A stretch of 64,000 bases of DNA, from positions 753,489 to 817,488 of the forward strand of contig JBAZJK010000001.1 in assembly GCA_041651355.1 (NCBI GenBank), given 5' to 3'. The position numbers and the translations under genes are program-made. Of the stretch, positions 44,254 through 53,215 are shown one piece after another (position 1 is the first letter of the stretch; every line of letters begins with the position of its first letter). The notes under the pieces were generated by a model. That model did no database searches, was not told where the DNA came from, and saw only the letters and a program-made list of their open reading frames with translations. Source of the stretch: Patescibacteria group bacterium (GTDB taxonomy: Bacteria > Patescibacteriota > Patescibacteriia > Patescibacteriales > UBA12465).

Positions 44254-44943
44254 ATGCTATTTAAGGAACCAAAAATAGAGCCAGCTTTCGAACGCTACCG
44301 CGATCTTTTTGAACGTATAGTCGAAGAAGAGGTCCAGGAACTGGAAAAATGTGGTCATAGTATCGGCGAGGGGCGCACTGCGAAAGTCAAGGTTTCTGAT
44401 GTAAAAGATTTCATCTGCCTTAAAATTATTGACTATCGTCAAGTTAGGAAGAATAGCGTCAACCTTACCAATAAAGCCAACGAAGAAATGGAATTTCTGG
44501 ATAAATTATCCGATATTGATTTCCTAAAATCCATCGGGATTAATCAAAGGATAGTGCCAAGGCCGATGTATTCACAGAATAGCTCCAATTTTGGCTTTAT
44601 CTTCATGCAAAAAATCAGCGGCTTTACTATCAAAGACTGGAGAGAGGGAGGGTGTAAAACCGAGGCTCTGCCAGCTGGGTTCAATTGGAAACAATATTTT
44701 GATCAGTTAGAAGATATTATAAATAAACTTAACAATGCAAATATACACCACCGTGATTTTCATGACGGAAATATATTTGTTGATGATAAGGGCCACCCGA
44801 TTATAATTGACTTCGGTAACGCCAGAGAGACATTCTTAAGCGACGAAGACCCTTACCGGGAAGATGACTTCCGAGGTGGCACCACCGTCTACAGCTCTGA
44901 TAAAAAAATGCTTTCGGACATTAAAAAAAACATTCTAAAATAA
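44254..44943 (+). CDS. Small protein-kinase-fold protein (RIO/Kdo-kinase-like)
   Basis: 229 aa with a Gly-loop-like GEGRTAKVKV, a catalytic loop IHHRDFHDGNIF and a DFG motif (IIIDFGNA). Confidence 0.6.
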   Translation: MLFKEPKIEPAFERYRDLFERIVEEEVQELEKCGHSIGEGRTAKVKVSDVKDFICLKIIDYRQVRKNSVNLTNKANEEMEFLDKLSDIDFLKSIGINQRIVPRPMYSQNSSNFGFIFMQKISGFTIKDWREGGCKTEALPAGFNWKQYFDQLEDIINKLNNANIHHRDFHDGNIFVDDKGHPIIIDFGNARETFLSDEDPYREDDFRGGTTVYSSDKKMLSDIKKNILK

Positions 44944-44950
44944 AATAGCT

Positions 44951-45184
44951 ATGCTCAGTAGAGAAATGAAAAAAAGCATTACAACTAATGCTGAAAAACT
45001 CAACGAAGAAAATCAAACAATCCGGCTGGAGGAACCATTTAACGGCGTCCTGATCAGCCTGAACGAACCAGAAGATGAAAAGCTGAAATCACGATCGGAA
45101 AAAATCCCTTTCGCTGAAATCGGTCTGAGCCGGGAAGGCCATTTCTATCTCATCATCGAAAGAATGTTTGGAAAGAGAAACTAA
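44951..45184 (+). CDS. Hypothetical protein (77 aa)
   Basis: ORF 7 nt downstream of the kinase-like gene. No family is recognised. Confidence 0.35.
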   Translation: MLSREMKKSITTNAEKLNEENQTIRLEEPFNGVLISLNEPEDEKLKSRSEKIPFAEIGLSREGHFYLIIERMFGKRN

Positions 45185-45201
45185 GGCTAAACGCCTTAAC
45201 C

Positions 45202-45233
45202 AAAAAAGGACTGAAAACAGTCCTTTTGTTTTT
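45202..45233. terminator. Bidirectional intrinsic terminator
   Basis: Perfect 10-bp stem AAAAGGACTG/CAGTCCTTTT with an AAAA loop and a T-run. Confidence 0.7.
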
Positions 45234-45238
45234 AAAAA

Positions 45239-45658
45239 TTAGTAGAGTATTTCCCTTAAATCACCCTGTAAATGGCTAATCCTGATCTTCTGGGCGTTTT
45301 TTAAAAGCCCCTTAACTCTATCAGCCCATTCTATTAAAACCACCGTAGAATGGTTACAATAATCAGCAAAACCGATTGATTCTAGGTCCTGGGCAGAATG
45401 AAGGCGGTAAGCGTCAATGTGACAAAACTGTTTGATAGATTTATGTCCTTTCACCGGATAAACTTTCATGATATTGAAAGTGGGGCTATTAATCCTTGAT
45501 TTTATACCCAAGCCACGAGCTATACCTTTAGCCAAAACCGTCTTGCCCGCCCCTAAATCACCATATACGGCCAAAACTTCTCCACCACAAAAGTCGGCCG
45601 CTAACCTTTGGCCGAAGGCGAATGTTTCCTTATCTGATTGGCTTAATAGCTTAATCAT
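45239..45658 (-). CDS. tsaE: tRNA threonylcarbamoyladenosine biosynthesis ATPase TsaE
   Basis: 139 aa with a P-loop (GDLGAGKTVLAKG), SPTFNI and HIDAYRL motifs. Confidence 0.85.
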   Translation of the reverse strand: MIKLLSQSDKETFAFGQRLAADFCGGEVLAVYGDLGAGKTVLAKGIARGLGIKSRINSPTFNIMKVYPVKGHKSIKQFCHIDAYRLHSAQDLESIGFADYCNHSTVVLIEWADRVKGLLKNAQKIRISHLQGDLREILY

Positions 45659-45711
45659 AATTCAAGCTTAAATGATTTTCTAGAAAAATAAAAGCATGAT
45701 TCGCATAAAAC

Positions 45712-45736
45712 AAAATAAGCCTGCAAGGCTTATTTT
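45712..45736 (-). terminator. Intrinsic terminator after the tRNA-Leu/tRNA-Val pair
   Basis: Perfect 10-bp stem AAAATAAGCC/GGCTTATTTT. Confidence 0.6.
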
Positions 45737-45742
45737 ATTAAG

Positions 45743-45816
45743 TGGGCGCACAAGGATTCGAACCCTGGACCCCTTCGGTGTAAACGAAGTGCTCTAACCA
45801 GCTGAGCTATGCGCCC
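45743..45816 (-). tRNA. tRNA-Val, anticodon UAC
   Basis: In the reverse complement: acceptor GGGCGCA/TGCGCCC, anticodon stem CTTCG/CGAAG, loop TTTACAC. No CCA is encoded. Confidence 0.9.
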
Positions 45817-45828
45817 CTTCAACCCCGG

Positions 45829-45912
45829 TGGGCGAAAGAGGACTCGAACCTCCACGGCCTTGCGGCCACAAGCCCCTCAAGCTTGCGTGTCTACCAGTTT
45901 CACCATCCGCCC
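45829..45912 (-). tRNA. tRNA-Leu, anticodon GAG (long variable arm)
   Basis: In the reverse complement: acceptor GGGCGGA/TTCGCCC (one G-U pair), anticodon stem CAAGC/GCTTG, loop TTGAGGG, variable arm GGCCGCAAGGCC. Confidence 0.85.
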
Positions 45913-45922
45913 GGCGTCTAAA

Positions 45923-46288
45923 TTAAGATTTAACAACCTTTTCTTTAAGTCTCTTCTTATAGCCGGAACGCAAATAATATAATTTAGCTCGTCTCACCTT
46001 AGCCTCTTTCTTCACTTCAATCTTGGTAATAGTCGGCAAATTCAAAGGGAAGATCTTCTCTACGCCAACACCGCCATCGGAAATCTTGCGCACGGTAATC
46101 GTAGCACCAATCTCTTTTTTGTGCTTACGGGCAATGATTAGACCCTCAAAATACTGGACCCTCTCCTTTTCTTCGCCTTTAGAATTCAATTCTTTAATCT
46201 TTTGATAAACTCTAACGGTTAAACCAGGTTTTAGTTCTGGAAAACCAGCCTTGGCTTCCGGTTTATCAATCGCTTTGTTTTCAGCCAT
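45923..46288 (-). CDS. rplS: 50S ribosomal protein L19
   Basis: 121 aa (..RVQYFEGLIIARKHKKEIGATITVRKISDGGVGVEKIFPLNLPTI..). Confidence 0.93.
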   Translation of the reverse strand: MAENKAIDKPEAKAGFPELKPGLTVRVYQKIKELNSKGEEKERVQYFEGLIIARKHKKEIGATITVRKISDGGVGVEKIFPLNLPTITKIEVKKEAKVRRAKLYYLRSGYKKRLKEKVVKS

Positions 46289-46379
46289 AGTATTAATGGA
46301 AACAAATAACGCGTAGTCTAAGACAACGCGACTGTTTAAAATAATAATTCACTAACTTTCCTTTATATTATAAGTAAAT

Positions 46380-46952
46380 TCATTTCTTGTCAATATGACT
46401 CCGGACAAAGCCTAAAACAGCTTTAAAAACCTGTTTCAGGCTCAAATCGCTAGTATCTAGATAAAAATCATAGTGTTTTTTCAGGTAAGGATTGATATTG
46501 AAATACTTCTTATACCTCTTCTTATCGCTTCTTTTTCTTTCTTTCAAGCTCCGCAGAACATCTTCGACGCTATTTAAGCCATCCGCCTCGTTGCGTGATT
46601 TTTGCCCGCTTTTTTGCTTTACATCTTGCAAAATGCGCTTAGCCGCCTCATGATCATCTACATCTAAATAAATTTTAAGAGAGTGAGGGATAAAATACCA
46701 AGAAGTCCGACCCTCGATTATAAAATTGTCCTTGGTACGCCCCAACTCTTCCTGATACTTATCTACGGCCAGATCAGTCTGGGGATCGCTTTCGCCTAGC
46801 TTGTTATACTCAGCTAAGGTCAGCCCCATCTTTCTGGCTGCTTGCCGCCTCAGACCACCCATATAATAACGCGGCCAGGACAATTCATCGGCTAACATTT
46901 GCGCGATCGTACTCTTACCCGAACCATGGTTGCCACTGATGGAAATTATCAT
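46380..46952 (-). CDS. Cytidylate-kinase-like P-loop NMP kinase
   Basis: 190 aa with a P-loop (ISISGNHGSGKSTIAQMLA) and an archaeal-type CMP-kinase-like layout. Confidence 0.6.
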   Translation of the reverse strand: MIISISGNHGSGKSTIAQMLADELSWPRYYMGGLRRQAARKMGLTLAEYNKLGESDPQTDLAVDKYQEELGRTKDNFIIEGRTSWYFIPHSLKIYLDVDDHEAAKRILQDVKQKSGQKSRNEADGLNSVEDVLRSLKERKRSDKKRYKKYFNINPYLKKHYDFYLDTSDLSLKQVFKAVLGFVRSHIDKK

Positions 46953-47010
46953 ATTTTTAGTTTACTTTTCTAAATGAAGTATACTATAATGATACCATAA
47001 TCATACAAAT

Positions 47011-49674
47011 ATGTATTTAGAAAAACTAGAAATCCAGGGTTTTAAGTCCTTCGCGCATAAAAACAAATTAGTTTTTCCGGGAATAATCAGTGGCACCAAA
47101 AGAGGCATAACCGCCATCGTCGGACCTAACGGCTCGGGCAAATCAAACGTTGCCGATGCGGTTCGCTGGGTCTTAGGAGAACAAAGCCTCAAGACTTTAC
47201 GTGGTAAAAAAAGCGAAGACGTGATCTTTTCCGGGTCACATCAGAAACACCAGCTCAGTTTTGCCGAGGTATCATTATATTTGAACAATTCCGATAAATC
47301 ATTCAGCTTCAAGGTTGATAACGATAATCAAAACGGCCAAGAATCCAATGATAGCTATATAAACTACTCAGAAATAATCATCACACGTCGCCTCTACCGT
47401 AACGGTGACAGCGAATACTTGATTAACAACAGTCGCGTCCGACTATTAGACATCCAGATGCTTTTAGCTAAGGCTAATTTTGGACAAAAGACATACAGCG
47501 TTATCGGCCAAGGGATGGTCGAAAACTTTCTCAATACCAGCGCGGCTGAGCGGAAAGATTTTTTTGATGAAGCGACTGGCGTCAAGCAATTTCAGATAAA
47601 ACGCGACTATTCCTTGAATAAATTAGAAAATAGTTATGAAAACCTGCAGCAGACAGACATGTTGCTCAATGAAATCCAGCCTCGCCTGAAAAGCCTGACC
47701 AGACAGGTAGAAAAGTTAAAAAAGAGAGATGAGCTAGAAAAGGAATTGAGGGAAAAACAGCTCGATTACTATAGTTTTTTCTGGAAAGAAATAAATACCA
47801 AGTTGGAAAAAATAAATTCCGACTCTCTAGAATTAGAAAAAACTGAACGGGGGCAGAAGGAAAAGATCGAAAAACTCCTGGCGGATTTAAACAAAATTAA
47901 AAATACTAGCCAACATCAGGAAACCGAAGGCTTACGCTTGGATTTAGAAAAACTACAGGGTAATAAAAACCAATACATCAAACAGCTGGCTCGTCTGCAG
48001 GCGGAAATCGAACTTAATCTAGAAGCTCAGGGTCAGTTCGACCTTTCTTGGCTGAACAAAAAACAAGCCGAGCTGATTTTAGAGATAGAACGGGCTGATA
48101 AAGAATTAAAACTAATCCAAAATGCTGGCCCTCAAGAGAATAAAGAATTGGAAGCTGAATACCAAAAGATTCAAAAAGACTTAAGCCACCTAAACCAAAC
48201 GCTAGCTGAGAGACAGCGTAATAGCCGAGACCAAGCAAAAAACAGCCAGCCAAGCCCGGGAAACGAACTGATCAAAGAACTACTAGTCGAACTAGAAGAA
48301 ATCAGAAAAGAAAATGATTTAGAAAAAATAAGAGAATTAATAGAGAAACTGAGACAATCATACATTTCACGGCTGGAAAAGCTAGAAAATTCCGAGGCAT
48401 CTGATGTCCTTAAGGAAATCCAGACTATCCAGGCGGAAATCATCTCGATCAGTGAAAGAAAACAAGAACTAAGTGAACAGATCAGCCGCTACCGCTGGGA
48501 AAACGACAGACAGGCAGAAAGAATGACCGCGGCCAAAAAAATCAAACAACAGCTAGAACAGGACTTATTGGATATAGAGAGTAAAATAAAAAAGAGCCAA
48601 CAAAAAGTGTCTGTACCTCAGATCCAAAAAGAACAGAAAGAGCTGGAAGAAAAAATCAAAGGCATCAACCAAGAAATAGAAAATCTAGAAGATCAGCTAA
48701 GAAAAATCGCGGCTGGACAAGAAAATGAAAAAAAACAGTTATTCGAGCTCCAAAAAAACTTGCAGAATCTACAATCGGACCACAGCCGAATCCAATTAGA
48801 GCTAAACGATCTTAAAATTAACGCCACCCGGCAAGAAACCCGGCTAGAAGACCTGGAAAATAACATCCGTAATGAGAGCCTCGACCTTCTAGCCATAAAG
48901 AAACATGAAAGAAACTCCATTGAATTTGAAGCTGACAAAGCCCAAAAAAGAATCAATGACTTAAAAAATCAATTAGAGCAAATCGGCGGTATCGATCCAG
49001 AATCGGAAAAAGAATACGAAGAGACAAGGAACCGCTTTGAATTCTTAAATACCCAAACCCAGGATTTGAAACAAGCCATAGATTCTTTAGAAAAAATAAT
49101 TGGCGAACTCGATGTTAATATTAAAAACCGTTTTGATAAAGAGTTTAAAATTATCGAAGAGAAATTCAACGAATACTTTAAGATCTTGTTTAATGGCGGC
49201 AATGCCAAAATCACCAAGCTCAGCCTAAGCGAACAAGAAAAAGAAGAAAACGGAGGCAGCGAAGGCGGGGTAGAGAAAACTAATGAAGAGCTAAAACGGG
49301 TAAAACTCCTTAAGAAATATAACGCCACCGGCTTAGCCGGAATTGAAATACAGGCGACTCCACCCGGAAAAAAGATCCAATCGGTTTCAATGCTTTCCGG
49401 AGGAGAAAGAGCCCTAACTGCTATCGCCTTAATTTGTGCCATCATTAGCGCTAATCCGTCGCCTTTTGTCGTCCTGGACGAAGTTGATGCCGCTTTAGAC
49501 GAATCAAACTCGGAACGCCTGGCAAAAATCTTAGACGACCTCTCCAATCGCACCCAATTCATCGTTATCACCCATAACCGAGCTTCCATGAAAAAGGCCA
49601 ATATCCTATACGGCCTGACCATGAATGAAGGCGTCAGTCAGCTACTGAGCTTAAAGCTAGATACGGAAAAATAA
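47011..49674 (+). CDS. smc: SMC-family chromosome segregation ATPase, short form with no recognisable hinge
   Basis: 887 aa with Walker A (GPNGSGKSN), signature motif (LSGGERALTAIAL) and Walker B (VVLDEVDAALD). Residues ~170-760 are continuous heptad-like coiled coil. Confidence 0.85.
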   Translation: MYLEKLEIQGFKSFAHKNKLVFPGIISGTKRGITAIVGPNGSGKSNVADAVRWVLGEQSLKTLRGKKSEDVIFSGSHQKHQLSFAEVSLYLNNSDKSFSFKVDNDNQNGQESNDSYINYSEIIITRRLYRNGDSEYLINNSRVRLLDIQMLLAKANFGQKTYSVIGQGMVENFLNTSAAERKDFFDEATGVKQFQIKRDYSLNKLENSYENLQQTDMLLNEIQPRLKSLTRQVEKLKKRDELEKELREKQLDYYSFFWKEINTKLEKINSDSLELEKTERGQKEKIEKLLADLNKIKNTSQHQETEGLRLDLEKLQGNKNQYIKQLARLQAEIELNLEAQGQFDLSWLNKKQAELILEIERADKELKLIQNAGPQENKELEAEYQKIQKDLSHLNQTLAERQRNSRDQAKNSQPSPGNELIKELLVELEEIRKENDLEKIRELIEKLRQSYISRLEKLENSEASDVLKEIQTIQAEIISISERKQELSEQISRYRWENDRQAERMTAAKKIKQQLEQDLLDIESKIKKSQQKVSVPQIQKEQKELEEKIKGINQEIENLEDQLRKIAAGQENEKKQLFELQKNLQNLQSDHSRIQLELNDLKINATRQETRLEDLENNIRNESLDLLAIKKHERNSIEFEADKAQKRINDLKNQLEQIGGIDPESEKEYEETRNRFEFLNTQTQDLKQAIDSLEKIIGELDVNIKNRFDKEFKIIEEKFNEYFKILFNGGNAKITKLSLSEQEKEENGGSEGGVEKTNEELKRVKLLKKYNATGLAGIEIQATPPGKKIQSVSMLSGGERALTAIALICAIISANPSPFVVLDEVDAALDESNSERLAKILDDLSNRTQFIVITHNRASMKKANILYGLTMNEGVSQLLSLKLDTEK

Positions 49675-49690
49675 AAAATAAAAACAACTT

Positions 49691-49714
49691 AAAATCTGCT
49701 AAATAGCAGATTTT
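49691..49714 (+). terminator. Intrinsic terminator after smc
   Basis: Perfect 10-bp stem AAAATCTGCT/AGCAGATTTT with an AAAT loop. Confidence 0.6.
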
Positions 49715-49793
49715 ATTGTGGGCTAAACCTGAAAAACAAAATTTACTTTTTTACCTTAAATTTGATATAATATAAATGATTATCTTAAAATAT

Positions 49794-51173
49794 ATGACCA
49801 AAAAAATTTTTGCCCTTTTTCTTCTTGGAACCTTCATCATCACCTCTGGCTTCGGCTGTAAGACGACTGACTCTAAAACTAAAAAGGCCATGGAGCCAAT
49901 TACGATCAACTACTGGCGAGTATTCGATGGTCCTGATGATTTCCAAGATATTATAAAAGAATACCAAAAATTACATCCATTCGTAACTATCAACTACCGC
50001 AAGCTGCGCTACGCTGAATATGAAAATGAACTGATAAATGCTTTGGCTGAAGACCGTGGCCCGGATATTTTTTCTATTCACAACACCTGGATTAAAAAAT
50101 ATCAAAACAAGATTGCTCCTCTCCCCGCTGAAATAACGATGGCTTATCCAGTAGTTACAGGCTCAATCAAAAAAGAGGTTATCAACCAACTCCAAACCAA
50201 TAAAAGCCTGACAGCTAAGGATGTCCGGGACAGATTCGTCGACGTAGTTGGCAATGATGTGATTTTAGAAAACAACCAAATCTACGGCCTACCTCTATCA
50301 GTCGACACCTTAGCCATGTATTACAACCGGGACTTATTCAACGGCGCCGGCATTATCGAAGCGCCCAAGTATTGGAATAAGACTTTCCAGCAAAATGTCA
50401 AAAGCCTCAGCAAACAAGATCCTAAAAAAGAGATCATCCAATCAGGCGTAGCGCTAGGCGGTTCCACTAACATCAACCGGGCTAGTGATATCCTCTCGGT
50501 CTTGATGATGCAGAATGGTGCCGTGATGCTCGATAACAACACCGTCCAATTTAACCTGATTCCTAACAAGCCGGGATTTAAAGAAAACAACTTCAATCCA
50601 GGAGGGGACGCTCTAAAATTCTATACCGACTTCGCTAACCCAGGCAAAGAGGTATATTCTTGGAACGAAAAACTGCCCAATTCTCTAGAGATGTTCACTA
50701 GCGGCAATTTAGCTATATATTTCGGTTATTCCTACGATCTGCCAACGATTAAGGCTGACGCGCCAAAACTTAATTTCTCGGTCTCCAAGCTGCCCCAGAT
50801 AGAAGGCAATCCGGATGTAAATTTTGCTAATTACTGGGTAGAAACCGTATCGAAAAAGAGTAAATACATCAACGAAGCTTGGGATTTTATCCAATTTATG
50901 ACCCAAGAAAAACAGGTAAAGTCATATCTGGATAAAACTAAAAGGCCAACCGCCATCAGAGCCTTGGTCCCAGAGCAAAGAGAAAACCCCGAACTGGGCG
51001 TATTTGCCGACCAAGTCTTAACAGCTAAAAGCTGGTATCGCGGCTTAAATCCGAATATAGCAGAGAATGCTATCCTAGAGATGATTGACGCGGCTGTTAG
51101 AGATAAGGACAGCGGCCGCCTAATGGAAGCCCTAAATGATGGCGCCGCCAAAGTCCAACAATCTATTAATTAG
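49794..51173 (+). CDS. Extracellular solute-binding lipoprotein (ABC sugar-type substrate-binding protein), with no adjacent permease or ATPase
   Basis: The ATG at 49794 gives MTKKIFALFLLGTFIITSGFGC (lipobox). SBP family-1-like motifs (INYWRVFDG.., GLPLSVDTLAMYYNRDLF) are present. Confidence 0.72.
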   Translation: MTKKIFALFLLGTFIITSGFGCKTTDSKTKKAMEPITINYWRVFDGPDDFQDIIKEYQKLHPFVTINYRKLRYAEYENELINALAEDRGPDIFSIHNTWIKKYQNKIAPLPAEITMAYPVVTGSIKKEVINQLQTNKSLTAKDVRDRFVDVVGNDVILENNQIYGLPLSVDTLAMYYNRDLFNGAGIIEAPKYWNKTFQQNVKSLSKQDPKKEIIQSGVALGGSTNINRASDILSVLMMQNGAVMLDNNTVQFNLIPNKPGFKENNFNPGGDALKFYTDFANPGKEVYSWNEKLPNSLEMFTSGNLAIYFGYSYDLPTIKADAPKLNFSVSKLPQIEGNPDVNFANYWVETVSKKSKYINEAWDFIQFMTQEKQVKSYLDKTKRPTAIRALVPEQRENPELGVFADQVLTAKSWYRGLNPNIAENAILEMIDAAVRDKDSGRLMEALNDGAAKVQQSIN

Positions 51174-51176
51174 AAT

Positions 51177-51566
51177 ATGAAAAACAAAAAAATAATCGGA
51201 TTCATCATCGTTGCCTGTTTCTTCCTGGGTGGTATTAGTCGGACAGGTTCCGCCGCTCCACTAATCCCAACAAATGAAAGTGGCAACTACACTCTTAATG
51301 ATTTTGTCATCCTAGGCGTCAATATCTCTAACCTCATCTTAGGATTAGTCGGCTCCCTGTCTTTACTGATGTTCATCTACGGTGGTATCACCTTTCTAAT
51401 TTCTGCTGGCAATGCGGAGCAGGTGTCTAAAGCGCAAAAAATTATAATTGCGGCCGTAGTCGGGCTTATTATCGTATTCACCAGCTACCTGATCATCCAA
51501 TTCATTATGACTAACCTAGGATATAAATTTAATGGAGGCGTCTGGAATGCTGTTTCAAATAAATGA
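51177..51566 (+). CDS. VirB2/TrbC-like two-helix pilin-family protein (paralog 0)
   Basis: 129 aa: signal peptide, helix 1, loop YGGITFLISAGNAEQVSKAQ, helix 2 (VVGLIIVFTSYLII). It belongs to the same family as the 57128-59756 array. Confidence 0.7.
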   Translation: MKNKKIIGFIIVACFFLGGISRTGSAAPLIPTNESGNYTLNDFVILGVNISNLILGLVGSLSLLMFIYGGITFLISAGNAEQVSKAQKIIIAAVVGLIIVFTSYLIIQFIMTNLGYKFNGGVWNAVSNK

Positions 51567-52228
51567 CCCCAACATTTACCCCCAAAAAAATAATCAACGA
51601 GGAAAATATCGGAAATAAGCTGCAACAAGCTAGAGCTTTTAAAGGCTTGAGCTTATCCCAAGTCAGCGAAGCGATAAAAATTAAAACCTCATACATCGAG
51701 GCCTTAGAGGAAAACAATTATCAAACGCTTCCCTCCGGCTTATACCGATCAAGTTATTTAAAGAAATATGCTAAATTCCTAGGATTAGATGAGAAATACT
51801 TATTCGCACAACAAGGCCCGCAATTTTTAGAAATAAACAAACAAGACAACCCCTTTTCCAGGCCAATTATCCAAAAAAGAAAATTACTAGTTTTTCCTAA
51901 AATAATTCGCAATCTCCTAATCACCATAGTCATCCTAATCTGTCTTTTCTACCTGGGCCTTTATATTAAAAAGATCTTCTTCGCTCCCTATCTCATAATA
52001 TCCCAACCGAACAAGAATCTAGTCCAGGATTCCAACCGATTAGAGGTAATCGGCCAGACGGAGGTAGAAGCCGAGGTCAGAATCAATAATGAATTAGTCT
52101 TAAACAATAAAAATGGACAATTCTCTCAAACGCTCATCCTTAAGAAAGGCTTGAACAATATCGTTATCGAAGCCAAAAAAAAATATAGCCGCACCCAAGT
52201 CGTCACTAGACAAATTTTAATCCCTTAA
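51563..52228 (+). CDS. RodZ-like helix-turn-helix membrane protein
   Basis: An N-terminal XRE-type HTH (IGNKLQQARAFKGLSLSQVSEAIKIKTSYIEALEENNY), one TM helix and a C-terminal beta-rich domain. An ATGA overlap links it to the upstream pilin gene. Confidence 0.55.
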   Translation: MTPTFTPKKIINEENIGNKLQQARAFKGLSLSQVSEAIKIKTSYIEALEENNYQTLPSGLYRSSYLKKYAKFLGLDEKYLFAQQGPQFLEINKQDNPFSRPIIQKRKLLVFPKIIRNLLITIVILICLFYLGLYIKKIFFAPYLIISQPNKNLVQDSNRLEVIGQTEVEAEVRINNELVLNNKNGQFSQTLILKKGLNNIVIEAKKKYSRTQVVTRQILIP

Positions 52229-52232
52229 AAAT

Positions 52233-52787
52233 ATGCTTCAACTAAGCAAAACAAATCCTTTGATAGACATCCGTTACATTATCGACCGCATCGGTTTTGA
52301 AGAAAACGACAAGGTGGCCGAGCTTGGCTGCGGCAGTTTTGGTTATTTCGTTTATCCTATCGCCCGCCTAGTTGGTAAAAATGGCCGGGTATATGCCGTC
52401 GATATCCTAAAAACCGCCCTAGAAGAAATCAAGAGAAAAGCCATCCAGGAAAACCTTAGACAAATAGAGACTATCTGGAGCAATCTAGAAATCTTCAAGG
52501 CTACTAAAATTCCCAGCAACTCACTGGATGTGGTTTTATTGATAAACGTGTTGAGTCAATCCGATAAGAAAGCGGAGATTATCAGGGAGGGCACGAGGCT
52601 CTTGAAAAGAAACGGGAAATTAGTTATTATCGAATGGAAAAGCGGTGGCACGTCTTTCGGGCCTATCCTGGAAAAGAGGCTAAAGATAGATTCTATGAAA
52701 AATGCAGCCGGACAGTTAGGCTTAAATCTAGATAAAGAATTCACCGCCGGGCCGCACCACTACGGCTTAATACTTAAAAAAATATGA
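52233..52787 (+). CDS. Class I SAM-dependent methyltransferase
   Basis: 184 aa with motif I (VAELGCGSFGY) and post-I/II motifs. Confidence 0.7.
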   Translation: MLQLSKTNPLIDIRYIIDRIGFEENDKVAELGCGSFGYFVYPIARLVGKNGRVYAVDILKTALEEIKRKAIQENLRQIETIWSNLEIFKATKIPSNSLDVVLLINVLSQSDKKAEIIREGTRLLKRNGKLVIIEWKSGGTSFGPILEKRLKIDSMKNAAGQLGLNLDKEFTAGPHHYGLILKKI

Positions 52788-53167
52788 AAAACCTTCTAAG
52801 CTTCAATTACTGGTTCAATCTAAGACCGGAGGCACTTAACCCTATGGCTAATAAGGCCTTCATCGCCCTTATCTTGTTACTAGTGATTGGCGGCGGCATC
52901 TTCCTATGGCTTAAGAACAGAAAAGGCTTTTATCGCTTCCTGTTCAAAAAACTATACAATTTCAGCATCAGCAATGCGATTATCGGTTTATTATTTCTAT
53001 TTTTTAACTACGAAAACGCTATCTTTTTCTCGGCCCGCTTCTGGCTCCTAGCCTGGTTGATCATGATGATAATCTGGCTGATATTCATTGCTAAAGAACT
53101 AAGAAAGATACCTCTTCAGAAGCGCCAAGCCCAAGAAAATAAAGACTATAAAAAATATATTCCCTAA
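52784..53167 (+). CDS. Hypothetical membrane protein (3 TM helices)
   Basis: 127 aa. It overlaps the methyltransferase stop by 4 nt. Confidence 0.45.
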   Translation: MKNLLSFNYWFNLRPEALNPMANKAFIALILLLVIGGGIFLWLKNRKGFYRFLFKKLYNFSISNAIIGLLFLFFNYENAIFFSARFWLLAWLIMMIIWLIFIAKELRKIPLQKRQAQENKDYKKYIP

Positions 53168-53169
53168 AA

Positions 53170-53197
53170 TAAAAACCCTCGAATCCGAGGGTTTTTT
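53170..53197. terminator. Bidirectional intrinsic terminator
   Basis: Stem ACCCTCG/CGAGGGT flanked by A5 and T6 runs. Confidence 0.7.
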
Positions 53198-53215
53198 GGT
53201 GCTTATCTTTAGAGG

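Noticed and set aside
48969-49622. 217-aa minus-strand ORF, plus other antisense ORFs inside smc (47394-47585, 48014-48253, 48171-48443, 48693-48956)
   Set aside because: They lie entirely antisense to the well-supported smc gene. Their Ser/Leu/Phe-rich composition is typical of the shadow frame of Glu/Lys-rich coiled-coil codons.
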